64,000 nt of DNA, from assembly GCA_963826115.1 (NCBI GenBank), contig CAWGVS010000010.1, positions 541,444 to 605,443 of the forward strand, in the 5' to 3' direction. Under the pieces are notes generated by a model. The model made no database searches. It was not told the DNA's origin and saw only the letters and a list, made by a program, of their open reading frames with translations. The DNA comes from an uncultured Candidatus Rokubacteria bacterium. Its GTDB lineage: Bacteria > Methylomirabilota > Methylomirabilia > Rokubacteriales > DASRDR01. Both the position numbers and the translations under genes were made by a program. Shown piece by piece: positions 10,001 through 20,480 of the stretch; position 1 is the first letter of the stretch; every line of letters starts with the position of its first letter.

Positions 10001-11553
10001 CTCGCGTGAGCCCGAACGTCCTCGGGCGCCTGGTCCCCGACGTCGTGAACGGCCGGCGACAGGTGCCGTTCCAGGGCGTGCACGGGTACCGGGCCGACGG
10101 GCGCCGCGCGGCGCCCCCGATCCGGAGCGCGGCCGACTACCCGCCGAGCGGCGACAAGCGCATCGGCTCGCTCGTCGAGGCGCTCGAGGCGTGCGGGCTC
10201 CGGGACGGCATGACCCTCTCCACCCATCATCACTTCCGGAACGGCGACCTCGTGGGCAACATGCTCTTCGACGCGTGCGCGAAGCTCGGGCGCCGGGACC
10301 TCACGTGGTTCCCCTCGGCGTCCTTTCCCTGCCACGCGCCGATCATGGGCCACATGGACGCCGGCGTGGTGCACCACGTCGAGGGCTCGCTGAACGGGCC
10401 GCTCGGGGACTACTGCACGGGCGGCCGCATGCGCGGGCTCGGCGTCCTCCGGTCCCACGGCGGCCGCTGGCAGGCGATCCAGGACGGCGAGGTCCACGTC
10501 GACGTCGCCGTCATCGCGGCGCCGTGCGCCGACCCGTTCGGGAACGCGAACGGGGTCCATGGCCCGGCGGCCTGCGGGTCCCTCTACTTCGCGCTGGCCG
10601 ACTCGCTCTACGCCGACCGCGTCATCGTCGTCACCGACCACCTCGTCCCGTTTCCCGCGGTCCCCTGGCAGATCCAGGGCAACAACGTGGACCACGTGGT
10701 GTGCGTGGAGCGGATCGGCGATCCGGCCCGGATCGTCTCGGGGACGACCGAGATCACCCGGAGCCCCGACCGCCTCCTCGTGGCCGAGTGGACGGCCCGA
10801 TTCGTGCGGGACGCGGGGCTCATGCGGGACGGGTTCTCCTTCCAGGCCGGCGCCGGCGGGATCACGCTCGCCTTCGCGCTCTACCTGAAGGAGATGATGA
10901 AGCAGGCGGGCGTGCGCGCCCGGTTCGTCCGCGGCGGCTCGACGAAGTACCTGGTCGAGATGCTGCAGGAAGGCCTGACCGACTACCTCCTGGACGGCCA
11001 GACGTTCGACCTGGACGGGGTGGCCTCCATGCGGGACGACCCGCGCCACCAGGCGACCAGCCCGTTCACGTCGTACAACTACCACGGCAAGGGGTTCTTC
11101 GGGACGTTCGTGGACGTCGCCGTCCTGGGCGCCACCGAGGTGGACGTGAACTTCAACGCCAACGTGGTGACCCATTCCGACGGCCGGCTGCTCCACGGGA
11201 TCGGCGGGTGGCAGAATTGCCTCTTCGCGAAGTGTGCGATCCTGGCCGTGCCCGCGATGCGGGATCGCATCCCGGTGATCGTGGACGAGGTCACGACGCT
11301 GGCGGGGCCGGGGGAGCTCGTCGACGTGGTGGTCACCGAGCGGGGGATCGCCATCAATCCCCGCCGGGCCGACCTGCTGGACGCGGTGAAGGGGACGGGC
11401 CTCCCCGTCCGGGACATCCGCGACATCCAGCGGGACGTGGAGCAGATCTGCGGCGGCAAGCCCACGCCGCCCCGGCGGAGCGACCAGGTCGTCGCCGCGG
11501 TGAAGTGGGTCGACGGAACGGTGCTCGACTCCGTCTGGAAGGTCGAGCCGTAG
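9997..11553 (+). CDS. citF: Citrate lyase alpha subunit / citrate CoA-transferase
   Basis: HHHFRNGD, LRSHGGR, FSFQAGAGG, GATEVDVNFNANV, VVTERGIAINPRR; ATGA overlap. Confidence 0.92.
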   Translation: MTRVSPNVLGRLVPDVVNGRRQVPFQGVHGYRADGRRAAPPIRSAADYPPSGDKRIGSLVEALEACGLRDGMTLSTHHHFRNGDLVGNMLFDACAKLGRRDLTWFPSASFPCHAPIMGHMDAGVVHHVEGSLNGPLGDYCTGGRMRGLGVLRSHGGRWQAIQDGEVHVDVAVIAAPCADPFGNANGVHGPAACGSLYFALADSLYADRVIVVTDHLVPFPAVPWQIQGNNVDHVVCVERIGDPARIVSGTTEITRSPDRLLVAEWTARFVRDAGLMRDGFSFQAGAGGITLAFALYLKEMMKQAGVRARFVRGGSTKYLVEMLQEGLTDYLLDGQTFDLDGVASMRDDPRHQATSPFTSYNYHGKGFFGTFVDVAVLGATEVDVNFNANVVTHSDGRLLHGIGGWQNCLFAKCAILAVPAMRDRIPVIVDEVTTLAGPGELVDVVVTERGIAINPRRADLLDAVKGTGLPVRDIRDIQRDVEQICGGKPTPPRRSDQVVAAVKWVDGTVLDSVWKVEP

Positions 11554-11777
11554 GGCGGAAGACGCCGCCGATGACGGCTAGTCTGCGGATGTTCATGGTA
11601 CCGTGACACGCGGACGGCCGCGATTACTTCAACGAGTCTCGGCCTACCCATAAGCCCGGCAACTTCGGCCTCGATCGGGTGATGCAAGTGCTCCGGAGCG
11701 TCGCGCCGAGCGGAAGCCAGTAGGCGTTGGGGATATCACCGGCGATCGTGCCGTTCAGGGAGAAGGGGCGACCATCC

Positions 11778-14123
11778 ATGAAGCGAGTCGCAATTCTGGC
11801 TAGTCTTGGCCTCGCGCTGACCGTCGCCGCCGCCACGGCGTCGGCCCAGGCGAAGCTCGATCGCGCGGTCCTGCCGATCGCGGAGCCCAAGCCCCCGACC
11901 TACACCGAGCTCGACGCGCGGAAGGCCAAGCCGCCGGCGCGGTTCGAGGTCAAGGCGCCCAAGGGTGCCCCCAACGTCGTCATCGTGCTCATCGACGACA
12001 TCGGCTTCGGCGGGCCCAGCACGTTCGGTGGTCCGATCCGCACGCCGACGATGGACCAGCTGGCTCAGGGTGGCCTGCGGTTCAACAACTTCCACACCAC
12101 GGCGCTCTGCTCGCCGACGCGCAACGCGCTCAAGACCGGGCGGAACCACCACACCGTCAATACCGGCTCGATCATGGAGAGCTCGACGGCGTTCCCCGGC
12201 AACACCGGGCAGAACCCGAACAGCGTGGCGCCCCTGGCGGAGATGCTGCGACTGAACGGCTACAGCACCGGCGCCTTCGGCAAGTGGCACGAGACCGCGC
12301 CATGGGAGACCAGCGTATCGGGCCCCTTCGACCGCTGGCCCACACACCAGGGGTTCGACAAGTTCTACGGATTCATCGGCGGCGAGACGGATCAGTGGTA
12401 TCCGCTCATCTACGACGGCCTGATCAAGGTCGATCCGCCCCCGATGAAGGACTACCACTTCACCGTCGACATGACCAACCAGGCCATCAACTGGGTGAAG
12501 GCCCAGCAGTCGATGACGCCGGACAAGCCGTTCTTCGTCTACTACGCGACCGGCGCCGTCCATGCGCCGCACCACGTGCCGAAGGCGTGGGCGGACAAGT
12601 ACAAGGGCCAGTTCGACCGGGGCTGGGACCAGGTCCGGAACGAGACGCTCGCCCGCCAGAAGCAGCTGGGGGTGATCCCGGCGAGCACCCGGCTGGGGGA
12701 CCGGCCGAAGGACATCGTGGCGTGGGACTCGCTGCCGGCGGAGCAGCGACGTCTCTTCGCCCGCCAGGCCGAGGTCTTCGCCGGCTTCCTCGAGCACACC
12801 GATGACCAGATCGGCCGCTTCAAGAAGGCGCTCGAGGACATCGGCGTGATGGACAACACCCTGTTCATCTACATCGCCGGCGACAACGGCACCAGCGCCG
12901 AGGGCGGCTTCGTCGGCATGTACAACGAGATGACGTACTTCAACGGCGTGGCCGAGAAGGTGGAAGACCTCATTCCGCTGATCGACCAGTGGGGTGGCCC
13001 GACGACCTTCCCGCACATGTCCGCCGGCTGGGCGGTGGCGTTCGACGCGCCCTTCACCTGGACCAAGCAGGTGGCATCCGACTTCGGCGGCACCCGCAAT
13101 GGCACGGTCGTCCACTGGCCGAAGGGCATCAAGGAGAAAGGCGGCCTGCGGAGCCAGTTCTCGCACGTCATCGACGTCGCCCCCACGATCCTGGAGGCGG
13201 CGGGCTTGCCGCAGCCCAAGAGCGTCAACGGCACCGTGCAGACGCCGATCGAGGGCACGAGCATGCTCTACGCCTTCAACAACGCGAAGGCGCCAGATCG
13301 GCACAAGACGCAGTACTTCGAGATGTTCGGGAACCGCGCGATCTATCACGACGGCTGGCTCGCCCGGACGATCCACCGCGCGCCCTGGCAAACGAGCAAC
13401 CTGCCGCCGCTCACCACGGACGTCTGGGATCTCTACGACGTCCGGAGCGATTTCAGTCTCACCAAGAACCTGGCGGCCCAGCAGCCCGCGAAGCTGAAGG
13501 AGCTGCAGGCCCTGTTCATGAAGGAAGCCGAGAAGTACCACGTGCTGCCCATCGACGACCGCACCATCGAGCGCATGAACCCGGCGCTCGCGGGCCGCCC
13601 GGATGTCATGGGCAATCGCACGTCCCTCACGCTCTACGAGGGGATGCAGGGGATGCTGGAGAACACCTTCATGAACATCAAGAATCGGTCGAGCAAGATC
13701 ACGGCCGAGCTCGACATCCCGGCCGGCGGTGCCAGCGGCGCGATTTTGTCGCAGGGCGGCCGCTTCGGTGGCTGGTCGCTGTACATGAAGGATGGCAAGC
13801 CGGCGTACGTGTACAACTTCCTCGGGTTGGAGCGCTACACCGTGGCCGCTCCGGAATCGCTGCCAGCGGGCCCGGCGACGGTCACCCTCGACTTTGCCTA
13901 TGACGGTGGCGGCATGGGCAAGGGTGGCAAAGCGACCCTCTCCGTGAATGGAAAGCCCGTCGCCGAGGGACGGGTCGAGAAGACTCAGCCCAACGTCTTT
14001 TCGGCGGACGAGACGGCGGACGTCGGCATCGACAACCAGACACCCGTCGCCGAGGGCATCGGCATCGGTCCCGAGACGCGGTTCACAGGCAAGATCAACA
14101 GGATCACCCTCGAGGTGAAGTAG
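11778..14123 (+). CDS. Secreted arylsulfatase (Cys-type formylglycine sulfatase, C-terminal LamG-like domain)
   Basis: Signal peptide; PNVVIVLIDD, LCSPTR, GKWH, GDNG. Confidence 0.93.
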   Translation: MKRVAILASLGLALTVAAATASAQAKLDRAVLPIAEPKPPTYTELDARKAKPPARFEVKAPKGAPNVVIVLIDDIGFGGPSTFGGPIRTPTMDQLAQGGLRFNNFHTTALCSPTRNALKTGRNHHTVNTGSIMESSTAFPGNTGQNPNSVAPLAEMLRLNGYSTGAFGKWHETAPWETSVSGPFDRWPTHQGFDKFYGFIGGETDQWYPLIYDGLIKVDPPPMKDYHFTVDMTNQAINWVKAQQSMTPDKPFFVYYATGAVHAPHHVPKAWADKYKGQFDRGWDQVRNETLARQKQLGVIPASTRLGDRPKDIVAWDSLPAEQRRLFARQAEVFAGFLEHTDDQIGRFKKALEDIGVMDNTLFIYIAGDNGTSAEGGFVGMYNEMTYFNGVAEKVEDLIPLIDQWGGPTTFPHMSAGWAVAFDAPFTWTKQVASDFGGTRNGTVVHWPKGIKEKGGLRSQFSHVIDVAPTILEAAGLPQPKSVNGTVQTPIEGTSMLYAFNNAKAPDRHKTQYFEMFGNRAIYHDGWLARTIHRAPWQTSNLPPLTTDVWDLYDVRSDFSLTKNLAAQQPAKLKELQALFMKEAEKYHVLPIDDRTIERMNPALAGRPDVMGNRTSLTLYEGMQGMLENTFMNIKNRSSKITAELDIPAGGASGAILSQGGRFGGWSLYMKDGKPAYVYNFLGLERYTVAAPESLPAGPATVTLDFAYDGGGMGKGGKATLSVNGKPVAEGRVEKTQPNVFSADETADVGIDNQTPVAEGIGIGPETRFTGKINRITLEVK

Positions 14124-14184
14124 GGCGACAGGGCGCTCCCGGCGCGAGCCGGGCGACGGGTGGCCGGGGCGGAAGGAGCCACGG

Positions 14185-15297
14185 ATGACGGTCAAGCTGG
14201 GCATGTTCATGATGCCGTTCCACCCCTACGACCGGGACTACGGGGCCGTCCTCGCGGAGGACCAGGAGGCGATCGTCCTCGCGGACCGCCTCGGCTTCAC
14301 CGAGGCCTTCGTGGGCGAGCACTTCTCGTCCCTCAGCGAGCCCATCACGTCGCCGCTGATCTTCCTGGCCACGCTCGCGTCGCGCACCGAGCGCATCGTC
14401 TTCGGGACCGGCGTGCTGAATCTTCCCCAGATGCACCCGGCCGCAGTGGCGGGCTACGCGGCGATGTTCGACCACCTGTGCCGCGGGCGCTTCATCATGG
14501 GCATCGGTCCCGGGGGCCTCGTGAGCGACTTCGAGCTCTTCGAGGTCGGCCAGGCCGAGCTCCGGCCCCAGATGATGCAGGAGTCGGTCGACGCGATCCT
14601 CCGGCTCTGGACCGAGGACCCGCCCTACGACATCCCGGGGCGGTTCTGGAACATCTCGCTCAAGAACCACGTGTACCCCGACTTCGGCGTCGGGCGCATC
14701 CCGCGGCCGCTCCAGCGGCCGCACCCGCCCATCGCGCTCTCCCTCCTCACGCCGAACTCCGCGAGCGCGAAGACGGCCGGCGAGCGCGGATGGATCCCGA
14801 TCTCGGGGCAGTTCTTCCACCGGCGCTACCTGCGTGGCCACTGGGAGAAGTACGCGGAGGGCTGCGAGGCGGCGGGCCGGCGGCCGGACCCCGACGTCTG
14901 GCGCGTCTCGCGGAGCGTGCTCGTGACGGACACCGACGCGGAGGCCGAGGACTACCTCGCCGACCCCGCGGGCGGGCTCAACTACTACTACAAGTGGTTC
15001 CTGTTCTCCTTCGGGACGCTCCGGAAGGCCCTGTTCATGGTGAAGGCCCAGCTCGAGATGCCGGACGAGGACGTGACGGTGGACGCGATCAAGCGGACCC
15101 TGATCATCGCCGGCGGCCCGCGCCGGGTCCTGGACCAGCTCGTGGCGCTCCGCGAGGAGACGGGCCACTTCGGGACGCTCCTGATGGGCGGCCACGACTG
15201 GGACCGACCCGCGCTCTGGCGCCGCTCGATGGAGCTCCTGGCGACCGAGGTGATGCCGAAGTTCTCGCGTCACGCCGCCGCGCGCCGGGCGACCTGA
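14185..15297 (+). CDS. Luciferase-like (LLM class) flavin-dependent oxidoreductase
   Basis: KLGMFMMPFHP, FVGEHFS, GRFIMGIGPG, PLQRPHPP. Confidence 0.9.
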   Translation: MTVKLGMFMMPFHPYDRDYGAVLAEDQEAIVLADRLGFTEAFVGEHFSSLSEPITSPLIFLATLASRTERIVFGTGVLNLPQMHPAAVAGYAAMFDHLCRGRFIMGIGPGGLVSDFELFEVGQAELRPQMMQESVDAILRLWTEDPPYDIPGRFWNISLKNHVYPDFGVGRIPRPLQRPHPPIALSLLTPNSASAKTAGERGWIPISGQFFHRRYLRGHWEKYAEGCEAAGRRPDPDVWRVSRSVLVTDTDAEAEDYLADPAGGLNYYYKWFLFSFGTLRKALFMVKAQLEMPDEDVTVDAIKRTLIIAGGPRRVLDQLVALREETGHFGTLLMGGHDWDRPALWRRSMELLATEVMPKFSRHAAARRAT

Positions 15298-15517
15298 CGC
15301 GCCGGCTGATCGCGGCCCTCGCGGGGCGGCTGGCGGCCCGGCACCGTGGGATCACGCTCACGCCCGTGCTGCTCCGGCGTCACACGGCCGGCGACGGCGC
15401 GGCCCCGGACGGCCGCGTCGCATCCGCCGGGACCCGCGAGTCGATGAGCCGCGGGGCCGGACGTCGCTATCATAGGAGCGTGATCGCGCGACGCCGTCGC
15501 ATCGTTCCGGCCGGATC

Positions 15518-18500
15518 GTGTACCTAGATCGCGAGCTCTGGCAGTTCACCGCGGGAGTCCGGACCCGCATCTTCGCCACCGTTCTCCTGGGCCTCCTGGC
15601 CGTGTCCGCCGGGATCGCGCGGCTCGCCCTCTTGGGCTGGCTCCTCGGGCGCGTGCTGGCGGGCACCCCGCTGCCCGCCCTGATCGGACCGGTCTCCGCA
15701 GTGGCGCTCGCGATCGGCCTCCGGGGCGGGCTCGACTACGCGCGCGCGATGGTCGCCCACGGCACGGCGGCCCGGGTCCAGGCCCGCCTGCGGGAGATGG
15801 TGCACGCGCACGTCCTCGGTGTGGGCCCGGCGCACTTCACGGCCACGCGGACCGGTGACGTCATCCTGTCCGTGGTCGAGGGGGTGCAGCAGCTCGAGGT
15901 GTACTTCGGCCAGTACCTGCCCCAGCTGGGCGTGGCCGCGCTGACGCCGGTGCTGATCTTCGCCTGCATGGCGTGGCTCGACTTGCCGATCGCGCTCGTC
16001 CTGCTCGGCGCCGCGCTGGTGACGCTCCTGGCGCCGGGTTTCTGGCACCGGTGGGACAGCTCCCGCAGTCTCGCCCGGCAGCGCGCCTACAGCCGGTTCG
16101 GGGCCGAGTTCCTGGACGCGCTCCAGGGGCTGGGCACGCTGAAGGCGTTCGGCCAGAGCGGCGCCCGCGCCGAGCTCCTGGCCCGGCGGAGCAGCGAGCT
16201 GTTTCGCGCGACGATGGGCGTCCTCGGGACGAACACGCTGGCACGCGGCATCACGGACGTGGGCATCGCCCTCGGCGCGGCCGTTGCGCTCAGCTGGGGC
16301 GTGTATCGCGTTCGCGCGGGCGTCATGCCCCTCGAGACCTTGCTGGTGATCCTCATGCTGGGCGTCGAGGTGTTTCGCCCGCTGCGGGACCTCCGCGTGC
16401 TGCTCCATCAGGGCATGCTGGGGCTCTCGGCCGCGCGCGGCGTCATGGGCCTGCTGGCGATCCGGGCGACGGTCCGTGACGGGCCGGGCGTCGGCGCCGG
16501 CGCCACCACGGCCCCGACGGTGGCGTTCGAGGACGTGACGTTTGGCTATCCGGGAGGCCGGAGACCGACGCACGAGCGCCTTGCCTTCGCCGTGGGCGCG
16601 GGTGAGCGGGTCGCCATCGTCGGACCGAGCGGCTCGGGGAAGTCGACCGTGGCCCGGCTCCTGCTGCGCTTCCACGATCCCCAGCGGGGCCGCGTCGTCG
16701 TGGGCGGCCGGGACATCCGGGACTTGCCGCTGGCCGACCTGCGCGCGCTCATGGCGGTCGTCCACCAGGACACGTATCTGTTCCACGGCACCGTGGCCGA
16801 GAACCTGCGCATGGGCCGGCCGGAGGCGACCGTCGCCGAGCTCGAGGCGGCGGCGCGGGAGGCTCACGCCCACGAATTCATCGTCCGGCTGCCGCAGGGC
16901 TACGAGACCGTCGTCGGGGAGCGCGGCGTGCGGCTGTCGGGCGGGCAACGGCAGCGCATCGCCATCGCCCGGGCTCTCCTGCGCGGCGCGCCGATCCTGA
17001 TCCTCGACGAGGCGCTGTCGTCCGTCGATACCGAGAGCGAGGCCCTCATCCAGACCGCGCTCGACCGGCTCATGGCCGGCCGCACCACCTTGATCTTCGC
17101 GCACCGCCTGTCGAGCGTCATCGGCGCCGACCGGATCCTCGTGCTGGAGGACGGCCGCATCGTCGAGAGCGGACGACACGCCGAGTTGCTCGGGCTCGGG
17201 GGCGCCTACTGGCGGCTGATGGCCGGGCAGGTGGGCGAGCGCGGTGCGGACGAGGAGCGGATCGAGCCGCGAACGGCCGCGTCGGCGCCGGCGGCGCCCG
17301 ACGGGGCGGAGACGCGGTCCGGGCCCGCCGAGGACATCGTGCCCGCCGGAGGCGTCCTCGGATGGGCGCGCGTGCTGTCCACCCTCCTGGGTTTGAGCCG
17401 CGGCTACCGCGGGCGCCTGGTGGTCACGTTCCTCCTCGGGGTGGCGCGGGTGGCGGCGCTGATCGGGGTCGGCGTAGTGAGCGCCCTCGCCGTGCTCGCC
17501 GTCAGGCGTGGCGCGCCGGTGGGCGGATGGATCGCGGCCCTCCTCGTCGTCGCGCCCCTGGCCGGGCTCCTGCACTGGCTCGAGTCGTGGCTCGCCCATG
17601 ACGTCGCGTACCGCCTCCTGGCCGACATGCGGCTCCGGCTCTTCTCCGCGCTCGACGCCCTGGCGCCCGCGTACCTGACGCGCCGGCGGACGGGGGACCT
17701 CGTCGGGGTGGCGACGCACGACGTCGAGCTCGTCGAGTACTTCTTTGCGCACACGATCGCGCCCGCCTTTGTCGGGGTCCTCGTGCCCGCGGTGGTGCTG
17801 GGCGTGCTCCTGGCCTACGGGTGGCCGATGGCCCTCGTCCTGGCGCCGTTCCTCGTCTACGTCGCGCTCGGCCCGGTGTTGGCGCGCGCCCGCATCGACC
17901 GGCTGGGCGCGCAGGCGCGGGAAGCGGCCGGATCGCTCAACGCGCACGCCGTCGACTCGATCCAGGGGCTCGCGGAAGTGGCCGCGTTCCAGCAGGAGGC
18001 GCGCCGCGACCGGGAGTTCGCGTCGCGCGCTCGCGCCTACGCGCAGGCCCGGATGCCGTTCCTCCGGGACCTCGCGCGGCAGGGCGCCCTGCAGGAGATC
18101 GCGACCGGGCTGGGCGGTCTCGCCGTCGCGGTCACGGGAGCGGCGCTGGCCGGGCGCGGCGCGCTCGAACCGGGGATCGTGCCCCTGCTCACGCTCCTCG
18201 CGCTGTCCGCGTTCGTCCCGGTGTGGGAGATCGCCCAGGTCGGCCGCCAGCTCGCGGACACGTTCGCCGCGACCCAGCGACTGCACGCCATCCACGCGGA
18301 GCCGGTCACCGTCACCGACGGACCGGGCGTGTCGCCGGCCGTGACGGACCCGCCCGCGCCGGCCCTCGAGATGGCCCACGTGCGCTTCACGTACCCCGGC
18401 CGCCGCCGGCCGGCGCTCGATGGCGTGTCCCTGTCCGTGCCCGCCGGCGGCACCGTCGCGCTCGTCGGACCGTCGGGCGCGGGGAAGACGACCGTCGCGA

Positions 18501-19105
18501 GCCTCTTCCTGCGGTTCTGGGACCCGACCGTGGGCGTGGTCCGTCTCTTCGGCCACGACCTCCGGCAGTACCGGCTCGACGAGCTGCGGAGCCGGATCGC
18601 GCTCGTCGCCCAGGACACCTACCTGTTCAACGACACGCTCGGCGCGAACATCCGGCTGGCCCGTCCGGCCGCCTCCGACGCCGAGGTTGCGGCGGCCGTG
18701 GAGCGCGCGGCGCTCCGGGAGTTCGTCGCGTCGCTGCCCGACGGCCTGGACACGGTGGTGGGGGAGCGCGGCGCGCAGCTCTCGGGAGGGCAGCGCCAGC
18801 GCGTGGCCATCGCCCGCGCGTTCCTCAAGGACGCGCCGGTCCTCATTCTCGACGAAGCGACCTCCCACCTCGACGCGGTCAGCGAGCACGCCGTCCGCAG
18901 CGCGCTCGCCCGCCTGGCGCAGGGGCGGACCACCGTGGTCATCGCGCATCGCCTCTCGACCGTGCGGGACGCCGATCAGATCCTGGTCTTCGACGAGGGT
19001 CGCCTCGTCGACGCCGGGACGCACCAAGATCTGATGGCGAAGAGCGCGCTGTACCGGCGCCTCGTCGCCCGCCAGGGCGGCGCGGCCCTCGTCGCTCGCA
19101 GCTGA
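15518..19105 (+). CDS. Full-length fused ABC transporter TMD-NBD-TMD-NBD (CydDC/IrtAB-like)
   Basis: Two Walker A (GPSGSGKS, GPSGAGKT), two LSGGQ, two ILDEA, two AHRLS; ESWLAHDVAYRLLADMR second TMD. Confidence 0.92.
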   Translation: MYLDRELWQFTAGVRTRIFATVLLGLLAVSAGIARLALLGWLLGRVLAGTPLPALIGPVSAVALAIGLRGGLDYARAMVAHGTAARVQARLREMVHAHVLGVGPAHFTATRTGDVILSVVEGVQQLEVYFGQYLPQLGVAALTPVLIFACMAWLDLPIALVLLGAALVTLLAPGFWHRWDSSRSLARQRAYSRFGAEFLDALQGLGTLKAFGQSGARAELLARRSSELFRATMGVLGTNTLARGITDVGIALGAAVALSWGVYRVRAGVMPLETLLVILMLGVEVFRPLRDLRVLLHQGMLGLSAARGVMGLLAIRATVRDGPGVGAGATTAPTVAFEDVTFGYPGGRRPTHERLAFAVGAGERVAIVGPSGSGKSTVARLLLRFHDPQRGRVVVGGRDIRDLPLADLRALMAVVHQDTYLFHGTVAENLRMGRPEATVAELEAAAREAHAHEFIVRLPQGYETVVGERGVRLSGGQRQRIAIARALLRGAPILILDEALSSVDTESEALIQTALDRLMAGRTTLIFAHRLSSVIGADRILVLEDGRIVESGRHAELLGLGGAYWRLMAGQVGERGADEERIEPRTAASAPAAPDGAETRSGPAEDIVPAGGVLGWARVLSTLLGLSRGYRGRLVVTFLLGVARVAALIGVGVVSALAVLAVRRGAPVGGWIAALLVVAPLAGLLHWLESWLAHDVAYRLLADMRLRLFSALDALAPAYLTRRRTGDLVGVATHDVELVEYFFAHTIAPAFVGVLVPAVVLGVLLAYGWPMALVLAPFLVYVALGPVLARARIDRLGAQAREAAGSLNAHAVDSIQGLAEVAAFQQEARRDREFASRARAYAQARMPFLRDLARQGALQEIATGLGGLAVAVTGAALAGRGALEPGIVPLLTLLALSAFVPVWEIAQVGRQLADTFAATQRLHAIHAEPVTVTDGPGVSPAVTDPPAPALEMAHVRFTYPGRRRPALDGVSLSVPAGGTVALVGPSGAGKTTVASLFLRFWDPTVGVVRLFGHDLRQYRLDELRSRIALVAQDTYLFNDTLGANIRLARPAASDAEVAAAVERAALREFVASLPDGLDTVVGERGAQLSGGQRQRVAIARAFLKDAPVLILDEATSHLDAVSEHAVRSALARLAQGRTTVVIAHRLSTVRDADQILVFDEGRLVDAGTHQDLMAKSALYRRLVARQGGAALVARS

Positions 19106-19310
19106 CCGGAGTCCCGCGCGCCGCTGCCGCCTCGCGAGGCCGGCGATGTGCCCGGACGCCTCGGTTCAGCGTGCCGCTCCTGACGCCGGGGACGCGATCG
19201 GGCTAGAGATTTCGGGCTGGGGCTCTCGAGACGCACGCCGGAAGCGCGGAAGGCCCGACGGACTCGGGGCGGTCATGCGCCGAGATCGGGCCGCCGGCTG
19301 GAGGCGACGG

Positions 19311-20480
19311 TCAGGGCGCGGGACCAGTGCGGCGGCCGGCGCTCCTCCGGGCGATGCGCCGCCAGGCCGCCATCGAGAGCCGCGACAGTTGCCCGCGAAC
19401 GAGCCAGCTCGCCCCGAGCTGCGCCTCGAGCGCGATGACGCGACGGCGCTCCGACTCGAGCCGAGCCGACGTCTCCAGGAGCGCGCGTTGCAGGACGTCC
19501 TTCGCGGGCTCGGCGTTGGCGGCAGTGTCCTTGCCCGCTTCCTCCGCCGCCACGTCGAGATGCCGCAGGATCCCGCCGATGTCCTTCGGCGAGAAGCAGT
19601 TCCGCCCGAGGAAGTACGCGAGATAGCGGTCGACGAGATCGACGTCGTGCTCGTGCGACGGGGCGAATGCCGCTGCGATGTCGTCCAGCGTCTGGAGCCG
19701 ACGCGTGACCGTCTCGTACTCGCTGCCGCCGAACGTGTAGACCGGCCGATGATGGATCAGCGCCTCGAACCCCACGCCGGAGTTCGCCACGAGTACAGCG
19801 TCGCACGCGGGGAGGATCGCGTGTATCGACGCGTCCGTCCGCCGGACGTATTCGTTGCCGGCAACGACCCGCGCGATGGCCTCGGTGACCCGCTCGTTCG
19901 TGCACTGGGGATGGCGCTTGATGACGAGACACTTCCGCGCGCTCCGGGCGAGGGAGCTCGCCTTCTCGAGGACGTCGAGCGTGGGGAGCCGCTGCAGCGC
20001 GACGACGGTGTCGTCGAGAAGCTGGAGGGGAAAGAAGACGAAGGGTCCCGGTGGCGCGAAGGCCTGGCCGGCCTGCCGGTGCTTCGAGATGTTTCCTGCG
20101 ACGAGCGTTCGGCGAAGCTCGTGGACGAATGAACGCGCGACATCGACGTCGACCTGGCCGATCGACGCACTGAAGCGGGCAGGATGGCGGCCGATCTCCG
20201 CCCAGCCGGAGAAGCCGTTGCGGTCGAACAGGTAGTACCCGGGGATGGCCGCGTCCTTCACGCGCCAGACGTTGGGTTCCTCGCCGACGGAGTGCCACGC
20301 GATCCGAAATCCGGAGCGCGGCGACCGTCGCGCCGCGAAGGTAGCCCGCGTCGACGAGGGCTCGAAGGCCACGTCGAGATCACGCTGCGCGAGAGCCTCG
20401 CACAGACGCGCGAGCATGTAGGGGTAGGTGTCCCGATGATTCTCGATCTCCCAGGGATCCACCTCCAGAGTGACCTTCAT
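19311..20480 (-). CDS. KpsS/KpsC-like capsular polysaccharide biosynthesis protein with C-terminal coiled coil
   Basis: FVFFPLQ..DD, VIKRHP, SIHAIL...V.VANSGVGFEAL...PV...G..Y. Confidence 0.75.
   Translation of the reverse strand: MKVTLEVDPWEIENHRDTYPYMLARLCEALAQRDLDVAFEPSSTRATFAARRSPRSGFRIAWHSVGEEPNVWRVKDAAIPGYYLFDRNGFSGWAEIGRHPARFSASIGQVDVDVARSFVHELRRTLVAGNISKHRQAGQAFAPPGPFVFFPLQLLDDTVVALQRLPTLDVLEKASSLARSARKCLVIKRHPQCTNERVTEAIARVVAGNEYVRRTDASIHAILPACDAVLVANSGVGFEALIHHRPVYTFGGSEYETVTRRLQTLDDIAAAFAPSHEHDVDLVDRYLAYFLGRNCFSPKDIGGILRHLDVAAEEAGKDTAANAEPAKDVLQRALLETSARLESERRRVIALEAQLGASWLVRGQLSRLSMAAWRRIARRSAGRRTGPAP

Noticed and set aside
485-19206. Long antisense and alternative-frame ORFs (e.g. 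11736-14210 minus, 15524-19027 minus, 5' part of 8872-11553)
   Set aside because: Shadow ORFs typical of high-GC DNA overlapping well-supported genes; Arg/Pro/Gly-rich with no motifs
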